NCBI GenBank assembly: GCA_965223505.1
Contig: CBDCWP010000039.1
Location: 1-64,000 of the forward strand
From: Planctomycetota bacterium
GTDB lineage: Bacteria > Planctomycetota > PLA2 > JAEUHO01
Direction of reading: 5' to 3'
DNA: 64,000 nt
Notes under the pieces: generated by a model
Seen by the model: only the letters and a program-made list of their open reading frames with translations
Database searches by the model: none
Told to the model about the DNA's origin: nothing
Made by a program: the position numbers and the translations under genes
In this document: in pieces, positions 47,617 through 57,215 of the stretch
Layout of the letters: every line of letters starts with the position of its first letter
How positions within the stretch are numbered: position 1 is the stretch's first letter

Positions 47617-49164
47617 CTACCACCTCAGCTTCGCCCACTCGCTCAGCATGTTGTCGTCCGTGATGACGCGCGCGGATCCGATGCGTGCGAGCAGACTCTC
47701 CTTCGACTCGAAGGCGCTCGCGGCGCTGCTCGTCAGGTCGTCGCCCTTGGCAAGGAGCTCGCGAATCCGCTTCTCGTGAAGCGGGTCGTCCGGGTCGAAC
47801 GCCGGCGCGCCGTCGATCTCGATGCCGCGCATCACGCGCTCCCAGCGATCCCGGTCGAATCGAAGCGGCGCGTCGCTCACGAGCATGCACGTATCGATGC
47901 GCACCCCGTGCGCGAACACCGCGAGGGACGTCTTCATGATGTCCTCGGAGCGGGTCGTGTTGATCAGGAACATGCCGCCCGGCTTCAGGTGCGCCCGCGC
48001 GATCTCCTGGTACTCGCGAGAGACCAGGTTCGTGATGTGCGCGCGGTGATGCTGGGTCGTGTTCTGCACGATCACGTCGAATTTCTCGTCCGGATGACGC
48101 AGCAGCCACCGGCGGCCGTCGTCGACGTGGATCGCTACCCGCGGGTTGTCGAGCAGCGACGCGACGTCCGGGTACTCGGGGATGAGCTCGAGGTAGGCCG
48201 GGTTGATCTCGACGATCTCGAGGTGCTCGACCCCCGGCATGTTGACGACGACCTGGGCCCAGGGGCCCATGGCCAACCCGATCATGAGGACCCGCTTCGG
48301 AGCGGGGTGGAAGGCGCCGACCGCGAGCGGACGCACGAGCCGGTTCTCGTCGCGCACGAGGTCGACGGTGACGAGCCCGTCGTAGGTGCCGCCGCCCCAG
48401 ACGGTTCCCTTCGTGTCGATGGCGACGACGCCGTGCCGGTTCTCGAGCACGCGCTCGAACGTCTCGCCTTCTACGTAGGCGTTCTTCCAGAGCAGTCGTT
48501 CGTAGAGCGCCGCGTGAACCCGCGGCGAGGCGAAGACGCAGCCGCAGACCAACGCCGCGCCCGTGGCCACCGTCGCCAGCGCGATCGACCTGCGAAGGCC
48601 CGTTCCGAGGATCAGCAGCGTCGAAACGGCGGTACCGGCCGTCACGAGCCCGAGCGCGATCTGTTGGAAGGTGAGCAGGTCGAGCAACACGAATCCCGTG
48701 ATGAACGTGCCGGTGACCGACCCGGCGATGTTCCACGCGAAGAGGGCCGCGACGCGCGAGCCCGCACGATCGTCCGGCGGGCTGGCGAAGTGCGTGATGA
48801 GCGGGAGCGTCGCGCCGAATGCGCCCGCCGACAGGCCGACCAGCACGAGCATCAACCGCCAGCCGCGGAAGGTGACCAGCCACGCGGTGACGGGAACGAC
48901 GGCGAACGCCAGCAGATTGGCGGCGAACAAGAGGATCGCGACGTAGCGCAGGTGCCGCGGCGCGCCCGCGCCGACCTGTGTCGAGCACAGCTTGCGCACG
49001 GCCAGAGAGCCGACGGCGATGCCGGCCAGGTAGGCGCCGAGCAAGATGCCGAACGATGCCGAGGATGCGCCGGTGAGAAACGAGTACGCGCGGACCCAGA
49101 GCAACTCGTAGGAGAGCGTGATGAATCCCGTGGCGCAGACGACGGCGTGGGGCACGTACCTCAT
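47617..49164 (-). CDS. Fused membrane / spermidine-synthase-like protein
   Basis: YELLWVR, NIAGSVTG, IGLAMG, VEINP, DDGRRWL, ITDDN motifs. Confidence 0.85.
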   Translation of the reverse strand: MRYVPHAVVCATGFITLSYELLWVRAYSFLTGASSASFGILLGAYLAGIAVGSLAVRKLCSTQVGAGAPRHLRYVAILLFAANLLAFAVVPVTAWLVTFRGWRLMLVLVGLSAGAFGATLPLITHFASPPDDRAGSRVAALFAWNIAGSVTGTFITGFVLLDLLTFQQIALGLVTAGTAVSTLLILGTGLRRSIALATVATGAALVCGCVFASPRVHAALYERLLWKNAYVEGETFERVLENRHGVVAIDTKGTVWGGGTYDGLVTVDLVRDENRLVRPLAVGAFHPAPKRVLMIGLAMGPWAQVVVNMPGVEHLEIVEINPAYLELIPEYPDVASLLDNPRVAIHVDDGRRWLLRHPDEKFDVIVQNTTQHHRAHITNLVSREYQEIARAHLKPGGMFLINTTRSEDIMKTSLAVFAHGVRIDTCMLVSDAPLRFDRDRWERVMRGIEIDGAPAFDPDDPLHEKRIRELLAKGDDLTSSAASAFESKESLLARIGSARVITDDNMLSEWAKLRW

Positions 49165-49796
49165 TGCGCCGCCCCCGATCGGGTCGACCCGAGATACTGG
49201 AAGATGACGAAGAGCCCGACCGCGCCGTTGCAGGCGGCGGCGAGCATGATCGTGCCGGACTGGCCGAGGTGACGCAGGAGCAGGACGACGGTCGCGACGG
49301 ACGCCACTGCGGACCCGGCGGTGTTGACGAAGTACAGCAGGCCGACGGAGCTCCCGACGTTCTGCGTTCGCCGGACGAGATGGGCGACGAGCAGCGGCAG
49401 GGTCGCGCCCATGAGCAAGGTCGGGAAGAGGACGAGCAGGAAGGTGATGAGGGCCGTCGCGACCTCGGACATGTGCAGCGTGAGCGATCCGATGTAGGCG
49501 AACAGCTGGAGCGAGAAGAAGCCGTAGGCGCCGATCCCGATCTCGATCAGCCCGAAGTACAGCAACACGGGCCGCGAGGGCTTCCGAGAGAACGCGCCGC
49601 CCACCGTGTTGCCGATCCCGAGGCCGAGCAGGAACGCCATGACGACGACCGTGACGGACTCGATGTTGATTCCGTAGATCGCGAAGAGGGACCGTTGCCA
49701 GGCGACCTGATAGGCGAGCGCCGACGCGCCCGAGATCAGGAAGACCGCTCCGAGCCACAGCGGCGTCTTCCGAGTGGCGACACTGGCTTGGTGCAT
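49161..49796 (-). CDS. Stand-alone membrane domain of the MFS/spermidine-synthase fusion family
   Basis: SGASALAYQVAWQR, PTLLMGATLP, LYFVNTAGS; ATGA overlap with the next gene. Confidence 0.85.
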   Translation of the reverse strand: MHQASVATRKTPLWLGAVFLISGASALAYQVAWQRSLFAIYGINIESVTVVVMAFLLGLGIGNTVGGAFSRKPSRPVLLYFGLIEIGIGAYGFFSLQLFAYIGSLTLHMSEVATALITFLLVLFPTLLMGATLPLLVAHLVRRTQNVGSSVGLLYFVNTAGSAVASVATVVLLLRHLGQSGTIMLAAACNGAVGLFVIFQYLGSTRSGAAQ

Positions 49797-49997
49797 GTGC
49801 TCTCTTTCTCCCCTGCGGGGCGGATAGCCTCGCATCGCAGGACGTCAAACGCCGGGATTCTCTTTCGGATGCCGACGTGACCGGGTCCGGCGGCGCCCAC
49901 GGGAGCACCGATCTCGCCGCGGGGACGACATCCAGTTCGCCTGGGAGCGTGGAACGGCTGGGAGCGGTTGTCCCGGGGGTCTAGACTGCATGCGCAA

Positions 49998-50039
49998 GTC
50001 CCCGTAGCTCAGTTGGATAGAGCGTCGGATCCCTAATCC
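49998..50039 (+). pseudogene. Truncated 5' half of tRNA-Arg
   Basis: 42-nt copy of tRNA positions 1-42 with one substitution in the anticodon loop, 180 bp upstream of the intact gene. Confidence 0.8.
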
Positions 50040-50177
50040 AGCGTGAGGGGTTTGGGGGGGGTAGGCACTAGCCCCCCAATGGAGCCCCGAGCTTGTCGAA
50101 GGGGCGACACCCAGTCCGCGCGGGAGCGCGGAACGGCTTGGGAGCGGTTGTCCCGGGGGTCTAGACTTCAAGCGCGA

Positions 50178-50254
50178 GTCCCCGTAGCTCAGTTGGATAG
50201 AGCGTCGGATTCCTAATCCGAAGGTCGCAGGTTCGAATCCTGCCGGGGATACCA
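50178..50254 (+). tRNA. tRNA-Arg(CCT)
   Basis: Acceptor stem GTCCCCG/CGGGGAT, D-arm TAGCTCAGTTGGATAGAGC, anticodon loop TTCCTAA, GTTCGAATC, encoded CCA. Confidence 0.96.
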
Positions 50255-50377
50255 CCTCTTCGATTCCGAATCCGGAACGAGCAGGTTCGAATCCTGCCGG
50301 GGATACCACTTCTCGATTCCGAATCCGAAACGAGCAGGTTCGAATCCTGCCGGGGATACCACCTTCTCGATTCCGAA
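50227..50377 (+). repeat. Tandem 53-54 bp repeats of the tRNA 3' end
   Basis: GCAGGTTCGAATCCTGCCGGGGATACCAC at 50227, 50281 and 50334, each followed by a CGATTCCGAA-containing linker. Confidence 0.92.
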
Positions 50378-50412
50378 GGCCGGGCGCGGCAGCGGCAGTT
50401 TCCAAACAGAGC

Positions 50413-50787
50413 CTAGCCCACCTTGCTGTAGTGCCGCACCAGGTCGTCGAGCGTGATGATCCCGACCAGCCTTCCGTCCGTGCCGATCACCGGCAGCCGG
50501 CGCAGCTCACGTGACCTCATCGTGTCCTCGACCTCATCGAGGTCCGCGTCTTCCCGAACGGCAACGAGCGGCTTCGACATCAAGTCGTGCGCGCGCGCGT
50601 TCGGCTCGACCGCGTTCGACGCACGCTCCGCGAGATCGCGTTGCGTGAGGATTCCCAGCGGCCTCTCTCCGTCGGCAACGACGACCATGCGTACTTTCCG
50701 GTTCGCCATCAGCCCGGCCACCTCCAGCGCCGAGAGCGCCGGATCCACTGCGATGACTTCTCTGGTTCCAATCTCGGTAAGGCTCAT
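50413..50787 (-). CDS. CBS domain protein
   Basis: LGILTQRDL, MSKPLVAV, RRLPVI, LVGIITLDD. Confidence 0.9.
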   Translation of the reverse strand: MSLTEIGTREVIAVDPALSALEVAGLMANRKVRMVVVADGERPLGILTQRDLAERASNAVEPNARAHDLMSKPLVAVREDADLDEVEDTMRSRELRRLPVIGTDGRLVGIITLDDLVRHYSKVG

Positions 50788-51314
50788 CGTTGTCGGCTTC
50801 CCCGCCTTCGTTGTTTCACTGGGCCCGATCCGACACTTCTCCTTTCAATTCGGGGAGAAGGAGAATCGAACGTGGGCCAGCCACTGTCAAGGCGAGGAGA
50901 AGCAATCGACGGGCCATGCGGGCGATCGGCTGAGCCACGCGCCGTCTTTGTCGCCGTGTTGCGTTTCATGAACAACACCGACGAAACTGTCGTACGAATC
51001 GAACTACGTCCGCGCAAACAGAGACTCGTCCCGAACGCTCCGTTTCACACCGCGATGAGCGTCCATGGCCGAATTGGCAGGGCTATCCAGGTCGAGTCCC
51101 CGCACGGCGAGGACGGTCTGAGGCGGTTTCCCTGGACCGGCCGCCCCTCTGGCCCTGCGTTTGCGCACTGGTGCGCGCCGGGGCCGCGACAGGTCTCGAA
51201 ACGACCGGTGCGAATGCCGCACAGGCTTGAAGTCGTGGGCGGGGTTGGCAATAGTAAGCCATGCTCGCATACCGCGAGTGGGTGTTGCGAACAAACGAGA
51301 TTAGGGAGACAACG

Positions 51315-52406
51315 ATGAGGATCAAGGCACTGACCGTCGCGCTGGTGGGGGCATTGTGCCTGACCGCCGGTGTTGCGGACGTCGACGCGCAAGGCAACGG
51401 CGACGTCATCGACTTCAACTTCGCGGGCAATGTCGTCGGCGGGTTCACGCCGGTCGACTGGGGCGCCGCGGGAACCGGGGCTGAGGCCGTCGGCAACGGT
51501 GACTTCAGCGAAGACAAGGACGGCGCGGACCTCATTGACGGGGTCGTGTTCTCGAAGAGCGGTCTGAGTGTAACGCTCCGTGGCTTCGAGAACGGCGTCC
51601 GCGTGTTCGCTTACGGCGACACCAATCCCGTCGATGGCGGTGCCGGTGTCCACGACGTCGGCAATGTGAACGCAGGCGACGGCGACAACATCCAGCTCAA
51701 CGAGTCGCTGCGGGCAACCTACAGCCAGCAGGTGACGCTGCTGAGCGGCTACTTCTTCAGCTTCAACCACGGCGTGGTCGACTTCGATGCGAACGAGGAG
51801 TTCAAGGTCGTCGTCGATGGGAGCACGACCCACTACTTCAACTTCGACACCCCCGGCGGCGCCAATGAAGGGCTCGTGAACCTCAACCTCACGGGTACGA
51901 CCTTCGAATTCTTCCGGATCACGGACACGGGCGGCGAGCATGGCGACGGTGAGGACTTCTACGTCACGGCGCTCTCCGCGAGCACCGACTGCCCCTGCGT
52001 CGAGGTCGTCGACCTCATCGCCGGCCAGCACACCGATGTCGGCGACGTGACCATCACCCGTGACGGCGACGAGCTGTGCGTGAAGTACGAGACCACCGGC
52101 TCTTGGCTCATCTGTGAGACGCACGTGCACATCGGCGGGTCGATTTGGGACATCCCCCAGACCCGCAAGGGCAACCCGAAGATCGGCAGGTTCGACTTCA
52201 ACGACTCGCACGATCCGGGCGTCTCGACCTTCGAGATCTGCGTGGACCTCGACGAGCTGGGCCTCGCCAACGACAACTCGCTGGCCATCGCGGTGCACGC
52301 GGTCGTCAAGAACACGTGCAGCTATCGCGAAGAGACGGCATGGGGCGAAGGCTGTGACTTCCCCGGCTGCAGCTGGGCGATGTTCATCAAGTTCGTCTGC
52401 CCCTAG
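51315..52406 (+). CDS. Secreted beta-rich protein with C-terminal AGQ...GNPKIG...ETAW domain
   Basis: AGGGAG RBS, signal peptide, Gly/Asp/Asn-rich N-domain; C-domain LIAGQHTDVG...GNPKIGRF...HAVV...ETAWGEG. Confidence 0.75.
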   Translation: MRIKALTVALVGALCLTAGVADVDAQGNGDVIDFNFAGNVVGGFTPVDWGAAGTGAEAVGNGDFSEDKDGADLIDGVVFSKSGLSVTLRGFENGVRVFAYGDTNPVDGGAGVHDVGNVNAGDGDNIQLNESLRATYSQQVTLLSGYFFSFNHGVVDFDANEEFKVVVDGSTTHYFNFDTPGGANEGLVNLNLTGTTFEFFRITDTGGEHGDGEDFYVTALSASTDCPCVEVVDLIAGQHTDVGDVTITRDGDELCVKYETTGSWLICETHVHIGGSIWDIPQTRKGNPKIGRFDFNDSHDPGVSTFEICVDLDELGLANDNSLAIAVHAVVKNTCSYREETAWGEGCDFPGCSWAMFIKFVCP

Positions 52407-52428
52407 CTCAGACGAGTCCCAACCCTTC

Positions 52429-52466
52429 GAGCCCGGGCTACCTCGCGTGGCCCGGGCTCTTTTCTT
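52429..52466 (+). terminator. Rho-independent terminator
   Basis: GAGCCCGGGCTA / TGGCCCGGGCTC stem followed by TTTTCTT, between convergent genes. Confidence 0.8.
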
Positions 52467-52482
52467 GACGCGCCGAAGCGGG

Positions 52483-54195
52483 CTACCGGACGTAGCCCAG
52501 ACTCTCCAGCTTCACCAGGATTCGGTGGGCGGCGAGGTCGGGGCTCAGATTCTGCGTGTCGATGCGCATCTCCGGGTTCTCAGGCTCCTCGTAGGGATCG
52601 CTGATCCCGGTGAAGGCCTTGATCGTCCCGGCGCGCGCCTTCGCGTACAGGCCCTTGCGATCGCGGGCCTCGCAGACCTCCAGCGGCGTGGCGACGTGCA
52701 CCTCCACGAACCCGCCGCTCTGCTCGATGAGCTCTCGCACTGCGCGCCGCGTCTCGGCGTAGGGCGCAATGGGAGCGCAGATGGCCACGCCACCGTACTT
52801 CGTGATCTCCGAGGCCACGTACCCGATGCGCCGGATGTTGAGGTCCCGGTGCTCCTTGGAGAACCCGAGCTCGCTCGAGAGCTCCTTGCGCACGACGTCG
52901 CCGTCGAGCAACGTCACGCGGCGCCCGCCCAGCTCCAACAGCTTCACGAGCAACGCGTTCGCGATCGTCGACTTCCCGGAGCCGGAAAGGCCCGTGAAGA
53001 ACACGGTGAATCCTTGCGCGTGGCGTGCAGGTGTCTGCTTGCGGAGCTCCTCGACGATCTCCGGGTACGAGTACCACTCGGGGATCTCCACGCCGTCCTG
53101 AAGCCGCCGGCGGAACTCGGTGCCCGTGAGGTTCGCGATCTTCATGTCGGGCGTGGTTTCGTCGACCGGCATGTACTGGGCGCGGTCTTCGACGTAGACG
53201 AGCTGCTGGAACGGGACCATGCTGATGTCCAGCTCCTCCTCGTGCTGCGCGTACAGCTCCTGCGCCGCGTACGGCCCGTAGAACGGGTGTCCGTCGGGAT
53301 GCTTCCCCGGGCCGGCGTGATCACGCCCAACGATGAAGTGCGTGCATCCGTAGTTCTTCCGGATGATCGCGTGCCACAACGCCTCGCGCGGTCCCGCCAT
53401 TCGCATCGCGAGGTTCAGGAGGCTCAGGGTCGTGGTCTGCTCCGGATAGTGCTTCAGGATGTGCTCGTAGCAGCGAACGCGGGTGAAGTGATCGACGTCT
53501 CCCGGTTTCGTCATGCCGACCACGGGATGAATCAGCAGGTTCGCCTCGTTCTCGCGGGCGGCGCGGAACGTGATCTCACGGTGGGCGCCGTGCATCGGAT
53601 TGCGCGTTTGAAATGCGACGACGCGGCGCCAGCCGAGCTTGCGGAAGCGCCCGCGCATCTCGATGGGGGAGTCACGCAGGAGCCGGAAGTCGTAGTGCGT
53701 CGGCGGCTCGACGCCTTCGAGGCGGCCGCCGAGATAGACCGGATGGGTCCGCTGCATCAGCGTGGCCACGCCGGGATGCGCCGTATCCGCCGTTTCGTAC
53801 ACGGCTTCCGCCTCGCGCGCCTTGTCGGGCGTCCACCGGTCCTCGACCTTCATCGTCGCGACCAGAACGCCCTCGCGATCGCGAAGCGCGATGGTGTCGC
53901 CCTCCGAGACCTGCTCCGCGAACTCCGTGGTGACGTCCAGGTTGATCGGGATCGGCCAGATCACGCCCGACGCGAGTCGCATCGTCTCGAGCACGCTCTC
54001 GTAGTCGCTGCGCGTGAGGAAGCCCGTCAGCGGCGAGAACGCGCCGTTCAGGATCAGTTCGATGTCGCACAGCTGCCGCTCGGTGAGGTCCCACGACGCG
54101 AGGTCCTGCGCCTCGCGCTTGCGTGCTTCCGCTGCGCCCTCGGCGAGGTAGAGGTCGATCAGCGTCCCGCCGTGCGGCTCTTTGTAGGCGCCCAT
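52483..54195 (-). CDS. sat/cysC: Bifunctional sulfate adenylyltransferase / adenylyl-sulfate kinase
   Basis: PHGG, AFQTRNPMH, HFIVGRDHAG; kinase FTGLSGSGKST, LLDGDVVR, FTGISDPYEEP. Confidence 0.95.
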   Translation of the reverse strand: MGAYKEPHGGTLIDLYLAEGAAEARKREAQDLASWDLTERQLCDIELILNGAFSPLTGFLTRSDYESVLETMRLASGVIWPIPINLDVTTEFAEQVSEGDTIALRDREGVLVATMKVEDRWTPDKAREAEAVYETADTAHPGVATLMQRTHPVYLGGRLEGVEPPTHYDFRLLRDSPIEMRGRFRKLGWRRVVAFQTRNPMHGAHREITFRAARENEANLLIHPVVGMTKPGDVDHFTRVRCYEHILKHYPEQTTTLSLLNLAMRMAGPREALWHAIIRKNYGCTHFIVGRDHAGPGKHPDGHPFYGPYAAQELYAQHEEELDISMVPFQQLVYVEDRAQYMPVDETTPDMKIANLTGTEFRRRLQDGVEIPEWYSYPEIVEELRKQTPARHAQGFTVFFTGLSGSGKSTIANALLVKLLELGGRRVTLLDGDVVRKELSSELGFSKEHRDLNIRRIGYVASEITKYGGVAICAPIAPYAETRRAVRELIEQSGGFVEVHVATPLEVCEARDRKGLYAKARAGTIKAFTGISDPYEEPENPEMRIDTQNLSPDLAAHRILVKLESLGYVR

Positions 54196-54687
54196 GCGTG
54201 CTTGTTCTCCGTCGTCGTGGGGAGCGGGATCGACCCGCGGAATCCGGTGGCTGTTGCGAGCACGCACACCTCTAGCACCGGTTTCTTGCGATCCGAGAGG
54301 AATGTGGAGCCGACCGCGTGACCCCGTCGCCTGCCCGCGCGATGTGGACGGCCGGGGGCCTCCGCGAGCCGCCCCGGCGCGCCGGTTCGACGAGGTCGAC
54401 CGGCTTCGCCCGCGGTGTGCAGTTTTTTGGACATCGCAGAGCCCCATTGTCTCGCGTTCCGGACGAGTGACGGCGTGCGAACAGCCACCCTACAGCGAAC
54501 GCCCATTTCGGCCCGCGGGCCCTGTTTGCTCGGCCTGGCAGCGTTCGCGCTGGCTGCGCGAAGTGCCGCTCGGCTAGACTCTGCGGTCGAGACCGGGGAA
54601 TTACGACAACGACGTGGCGCCGGGCTCGCTTCTTGCACCGGTGGTGGGAAATCCAACTGCATGGCCTGGAAGGGGAACAAAGCGGAA

Positions 54688-55665
54688 ATGCGTGAAGAAC
54701 GGTCCACGAGAGACCGCGCTCGCGCTGCCCCCTCGGATCTGGGGAGGCGCGCGGTCGTCCTGCGCTCCCTCGTCCTCCTGGCCGGCGGTTCGCACCAACG
54801 CAGCCTCGCCGCGCGCGCAGGCCGTTCCGTGCTCGACCTGCCGCTCTCGGCCTCGACGCGCCTCATGGACGTGTGGCTGGAGCGCATCCGCCAGCTGGCG
54901 GATCAAGTCGAGTGGTTCGGAGGCGACCTCGACGTGCGCATCTTGGCGGGGACGTCGAACGCCATGCCCACGCATCGCGCCGGGGAGTTCCCATGGCTTC
55001 GCGCTGCGCTCGATCCGAACGACCTGCGCGGAACCGCGGGCGCGTTGCGCGACCACTGCCGGCAGTTCCGCGACGACGATCACGTGCTCGTCGCTACCGC
55101 GTCGCAGTGTCCGGATCCGGGGTTGCTCGCGCGCTTCGTGTCTGCGGCCGATCTGTCGGCCGGCGTCTCGATCGCGGCCGGAGAGCGTCGCGCCCCGAGC
55201 GGGTGCATGCTCATTCGCTGTGCCGCGCTCCGCGAGATCCCGGAGATCGGGTTCATCGACCTCAAGGAGCAAGCGCTCGAGGAGATTGCGTACACGCACG
55301 GTGCACGCGTCGTCACGATTCGAGAGCCCGTCCCGCGCGTCATTCGAGGTCTCGAGAGCTACATCGATGCGGTGCGTTCCTGGCACCTGTGGGGCAGCCT
55401 GCGCGGCGTCACTGCGTCGCGGCCGTTCGACGAACATTGGCGGCCGGCGTTCTCCGTCGTCGAAGAGGGCGCGAGCGTGGGCAGCGACGTTCGGTTGCAC
55501 GACTCGGTCGTGCTCGCCGGCGGCGTCGTGGAGTCCGGCAGCACCCTCGTCCGTAGTGTCGTCGCGTCCGGCGGTGTCGTTCGGCGCAAGCGCAAGGTCT
55601 TCGAGAAGGTCGTCGCACCGCGGGACCCGCACGTCACGAGCAACGGCACGAAGGAGTCCGACTGA
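54688..55665 (+). CDS. Degenerate NDP-sugar pyrophosphorylase-like protein with C-terminal left-handed beta-helix (start uncertain)
   Basis: VLLAGG, RGTAGALRD, GFIDLKEQAL, LHDSVVLAGGVVESGSTLVRSVV. Confidence 0.7.
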   Translation: MREERSTRDRARAAPSDLGRRAVVLRSLVLLAGGSHQRSLAARAGRSVLDLPLSASTRLMDVWLERIRQLADQVEWFGGDLDVRILAGTSNAMPTHRAGEFPWLRAALDPNDLRGTAGALRDHCRQFRDDDHVLVATASQCPDPGLLARFVSAADLSAGVSIAAGERRAPSGCMLIRCAALREIPEIGFIDLKEQALEEIAYTHGARVVTIREPVPRVIRGLESYIDAVRSWHLWGSLRGVTASRPFDEHWRPAFSVVEEGASVGSDVRLHDSVVLAGGVVESGSTLVRSVVASGGVVRRKRKVFEKVVAPRDPHVTSNGTKESD

Positions 55666-56519
55666 TGGACGCCCTCGGCCACAGAAAGGGCGCCTGGTCG
55701 CCCCTCGAGGCGTGTGGCGCATTGGTCCTCGTCGGCCTGGCCGTCGTGGTCACCGCGGGCGCGTGGAAAGACATGCTTCGCATGGCGCAGACCCCGGCCC
55801 AGGGGCACATCCTGCTCGTGCCGGCGGTTGCGGCATGGCTGTTCTGGGTCCGTCGCGGCAGGCTGCGCCGTTGCGCTCGGGACCAGCGCTGGATCGGGCC
55901 GGTCGTGGTCGTGGCCGGCTGGGCGGTGCACGTCGTGGGATACCGGGCCGGCATCGAGGCGTTCTGGCATCTCGGCGCCGTTGCCATCCCGGTGGGCTGC
56001 TTTCTCTCGTTCGCGGGCGCGCGCTACCTGGTTCGACTGCTCCCGGCGTTCCTGGTCCTGGCATTCCTGGTACCCATTCCCGGCGTCGTGCGGCATGAGC
56101 TCGTGTATCCGCTTCAGCGCACGATCACCGACCTGTCCAGCGGCCTGTTGAACCTGTTGGGCGTGAGCGGCGCGACCGCCACGGAGATCTTCGTTGCCGA
56201 AGCGCGCGGCGGCCTGCAGATCGTCTTCTCGCTGTTCGTCGTGTCCTACGCATTCGCGTACGGTCTGCCGATTCGCGAACCCGTGCGCGTCGTAATCCTC
56301 TGCCTGAGTCCGGTGCTCGCGGTGCTTTGCAATGTGATCCGGCTCGTGCCGAGCGTCTGGGCGTACGGCAACCTGTCGCCGGAGACCGGTCGGTTCATCT
56401 ACATCGCAGCGGGCTGGGTCGTGCTGCCGCTCGCGTTCTTCCTGCTCTTGGGGAGCTTCCGACTGCTGCGGTGGTCGTTCGTTCCCGTCTACCGCTTCAC
56501 CCTGGTCTACGGAAAGTAG
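55665..56519 (+). CDS. Exosortase-family membrane protein (catalytic Cys and His apparently replaced)
   Basis: HILLVP, FLVPIP, PLQ, VAEA-R-GGL, CNVIRL motifs; upstream of EpsI. Confidence 0.8.
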   Translation: MDALGHRKGAWSPLEACGALVLVGLAVVVTAGAWKDMLRMAQTPAQGHILLVPAVAAWLFWVRRGRLRRCARDQRWIGPVVVVAGWAVHVVGYRAGIEAFWHLGAVAIPVGCFLSFAGARYLVRLLPAFLVLAFLVPIPGVVRHELVYPLQRTITDLSSGLLNLLGVSGATATEIFVAEARGGLQIVFSLFVVSYAFAYGLPIREPVRVVILCLSPVLAVLCNVIRLVPSVWAYGNLSPETGRFIYIAAGWVVLPLAFFLLLGSFRLLRWSFVPVYRFTLVYGK

Positions 56520-56525
56520 GAGGCG

Positions 56526-57215
56526 ATGCTCGACCGACAGCACCTGCACCTGCTTGCCGCGCCGTTGATCAGCCTGGTCTTGTTGGGTGCGATCTGGACG
56601 GAGCGCACCCTGTTCCGACTGCCCGCGGCCGACGCGGACGCCTATCATCGGCGCGTTCACGCACGTGCGCACGAGATTCCAGAGCACATCGGATCGTGGA
56701 AGGCGGCGCTCGCCAAGCCGCCCGCGCCCGCACGAACGCCGCTGGCGAACACCGTGGTTCAGATGCGCGAGCTCGAGCACGTGGGCACCCGCGAGTCGGC
56801 CCGTCTCCTGATCGTGCTCTGCCACGACGTGCGCGATCTGGAGGGGTACGACCCTTCCACCTGCTACCCGGCACACGGCTGGGCGTCGAGCGTGCGCAAC
56901 GAACGCACGATCACGATCGACGGGCGCGGCATCCCCGTGTCGGTGTACGAGTTCGAACGCGAGACCCCCACCGAAGGTCGATCGAGGATGACCGTCTACA
57001 GCTTCTTCGTTCGCCCTGACGGGAGGCTCGTATCCGGTTTTGGTGGTGTGGACGAAGCAGAGAGCGATCCCCGCTGGAGACCGTTTGGTGCGGGCCAGAT
57101 TCAGGTATTGCTCGACGCCTCGCTGAGTGAGAGCCGACGCGACGAGGTCGTACGGACCCTGGTCGCCGGCATCGAGCCGCTCATCGAGGCTGTGCGTCGA
57201 GGAGACGAGAGATGA
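56526..57215 (+). CDS. EpsI-like exosortase-associated protein
   Basis: N-terminal TM, IPEHIGSW, CHDVRDLEGYDPSTCYPAHGW. Confidence 0.75.
   Translation: MLDRQHLHLLAAPLISLVLLGAIWTERTLFRLPAADADAYHRRVHARAHEIPEHIGSWKAALAKPPAPARTPLANTVVQMRELEHVGTRESARLLIVLCHDVRDLEGYDPSTCYPAHGWASSVRNERTITIDGRGIPVSVYEFERETPTEGRSRMTVYSFFVRPDGRLVSGFGGVDEAESDPRWRPFGAGQIQVLLDASLSESRRDEVVRTLVAGIEPLIEAVRRGDER

Noticed and set aside
50227..50377. CRISPR array or additional tRNA genes
   Set aside because: The repeat is the tRNA 3' end, linkers are short and nearly identical, and the copies lack D and anticodon arms.
51245..51260. Sigma-54 promoter TTGGCAATAGTAAGC
   Set aside because: GG-to-GC spacing is 9 nt rather than the required 10.
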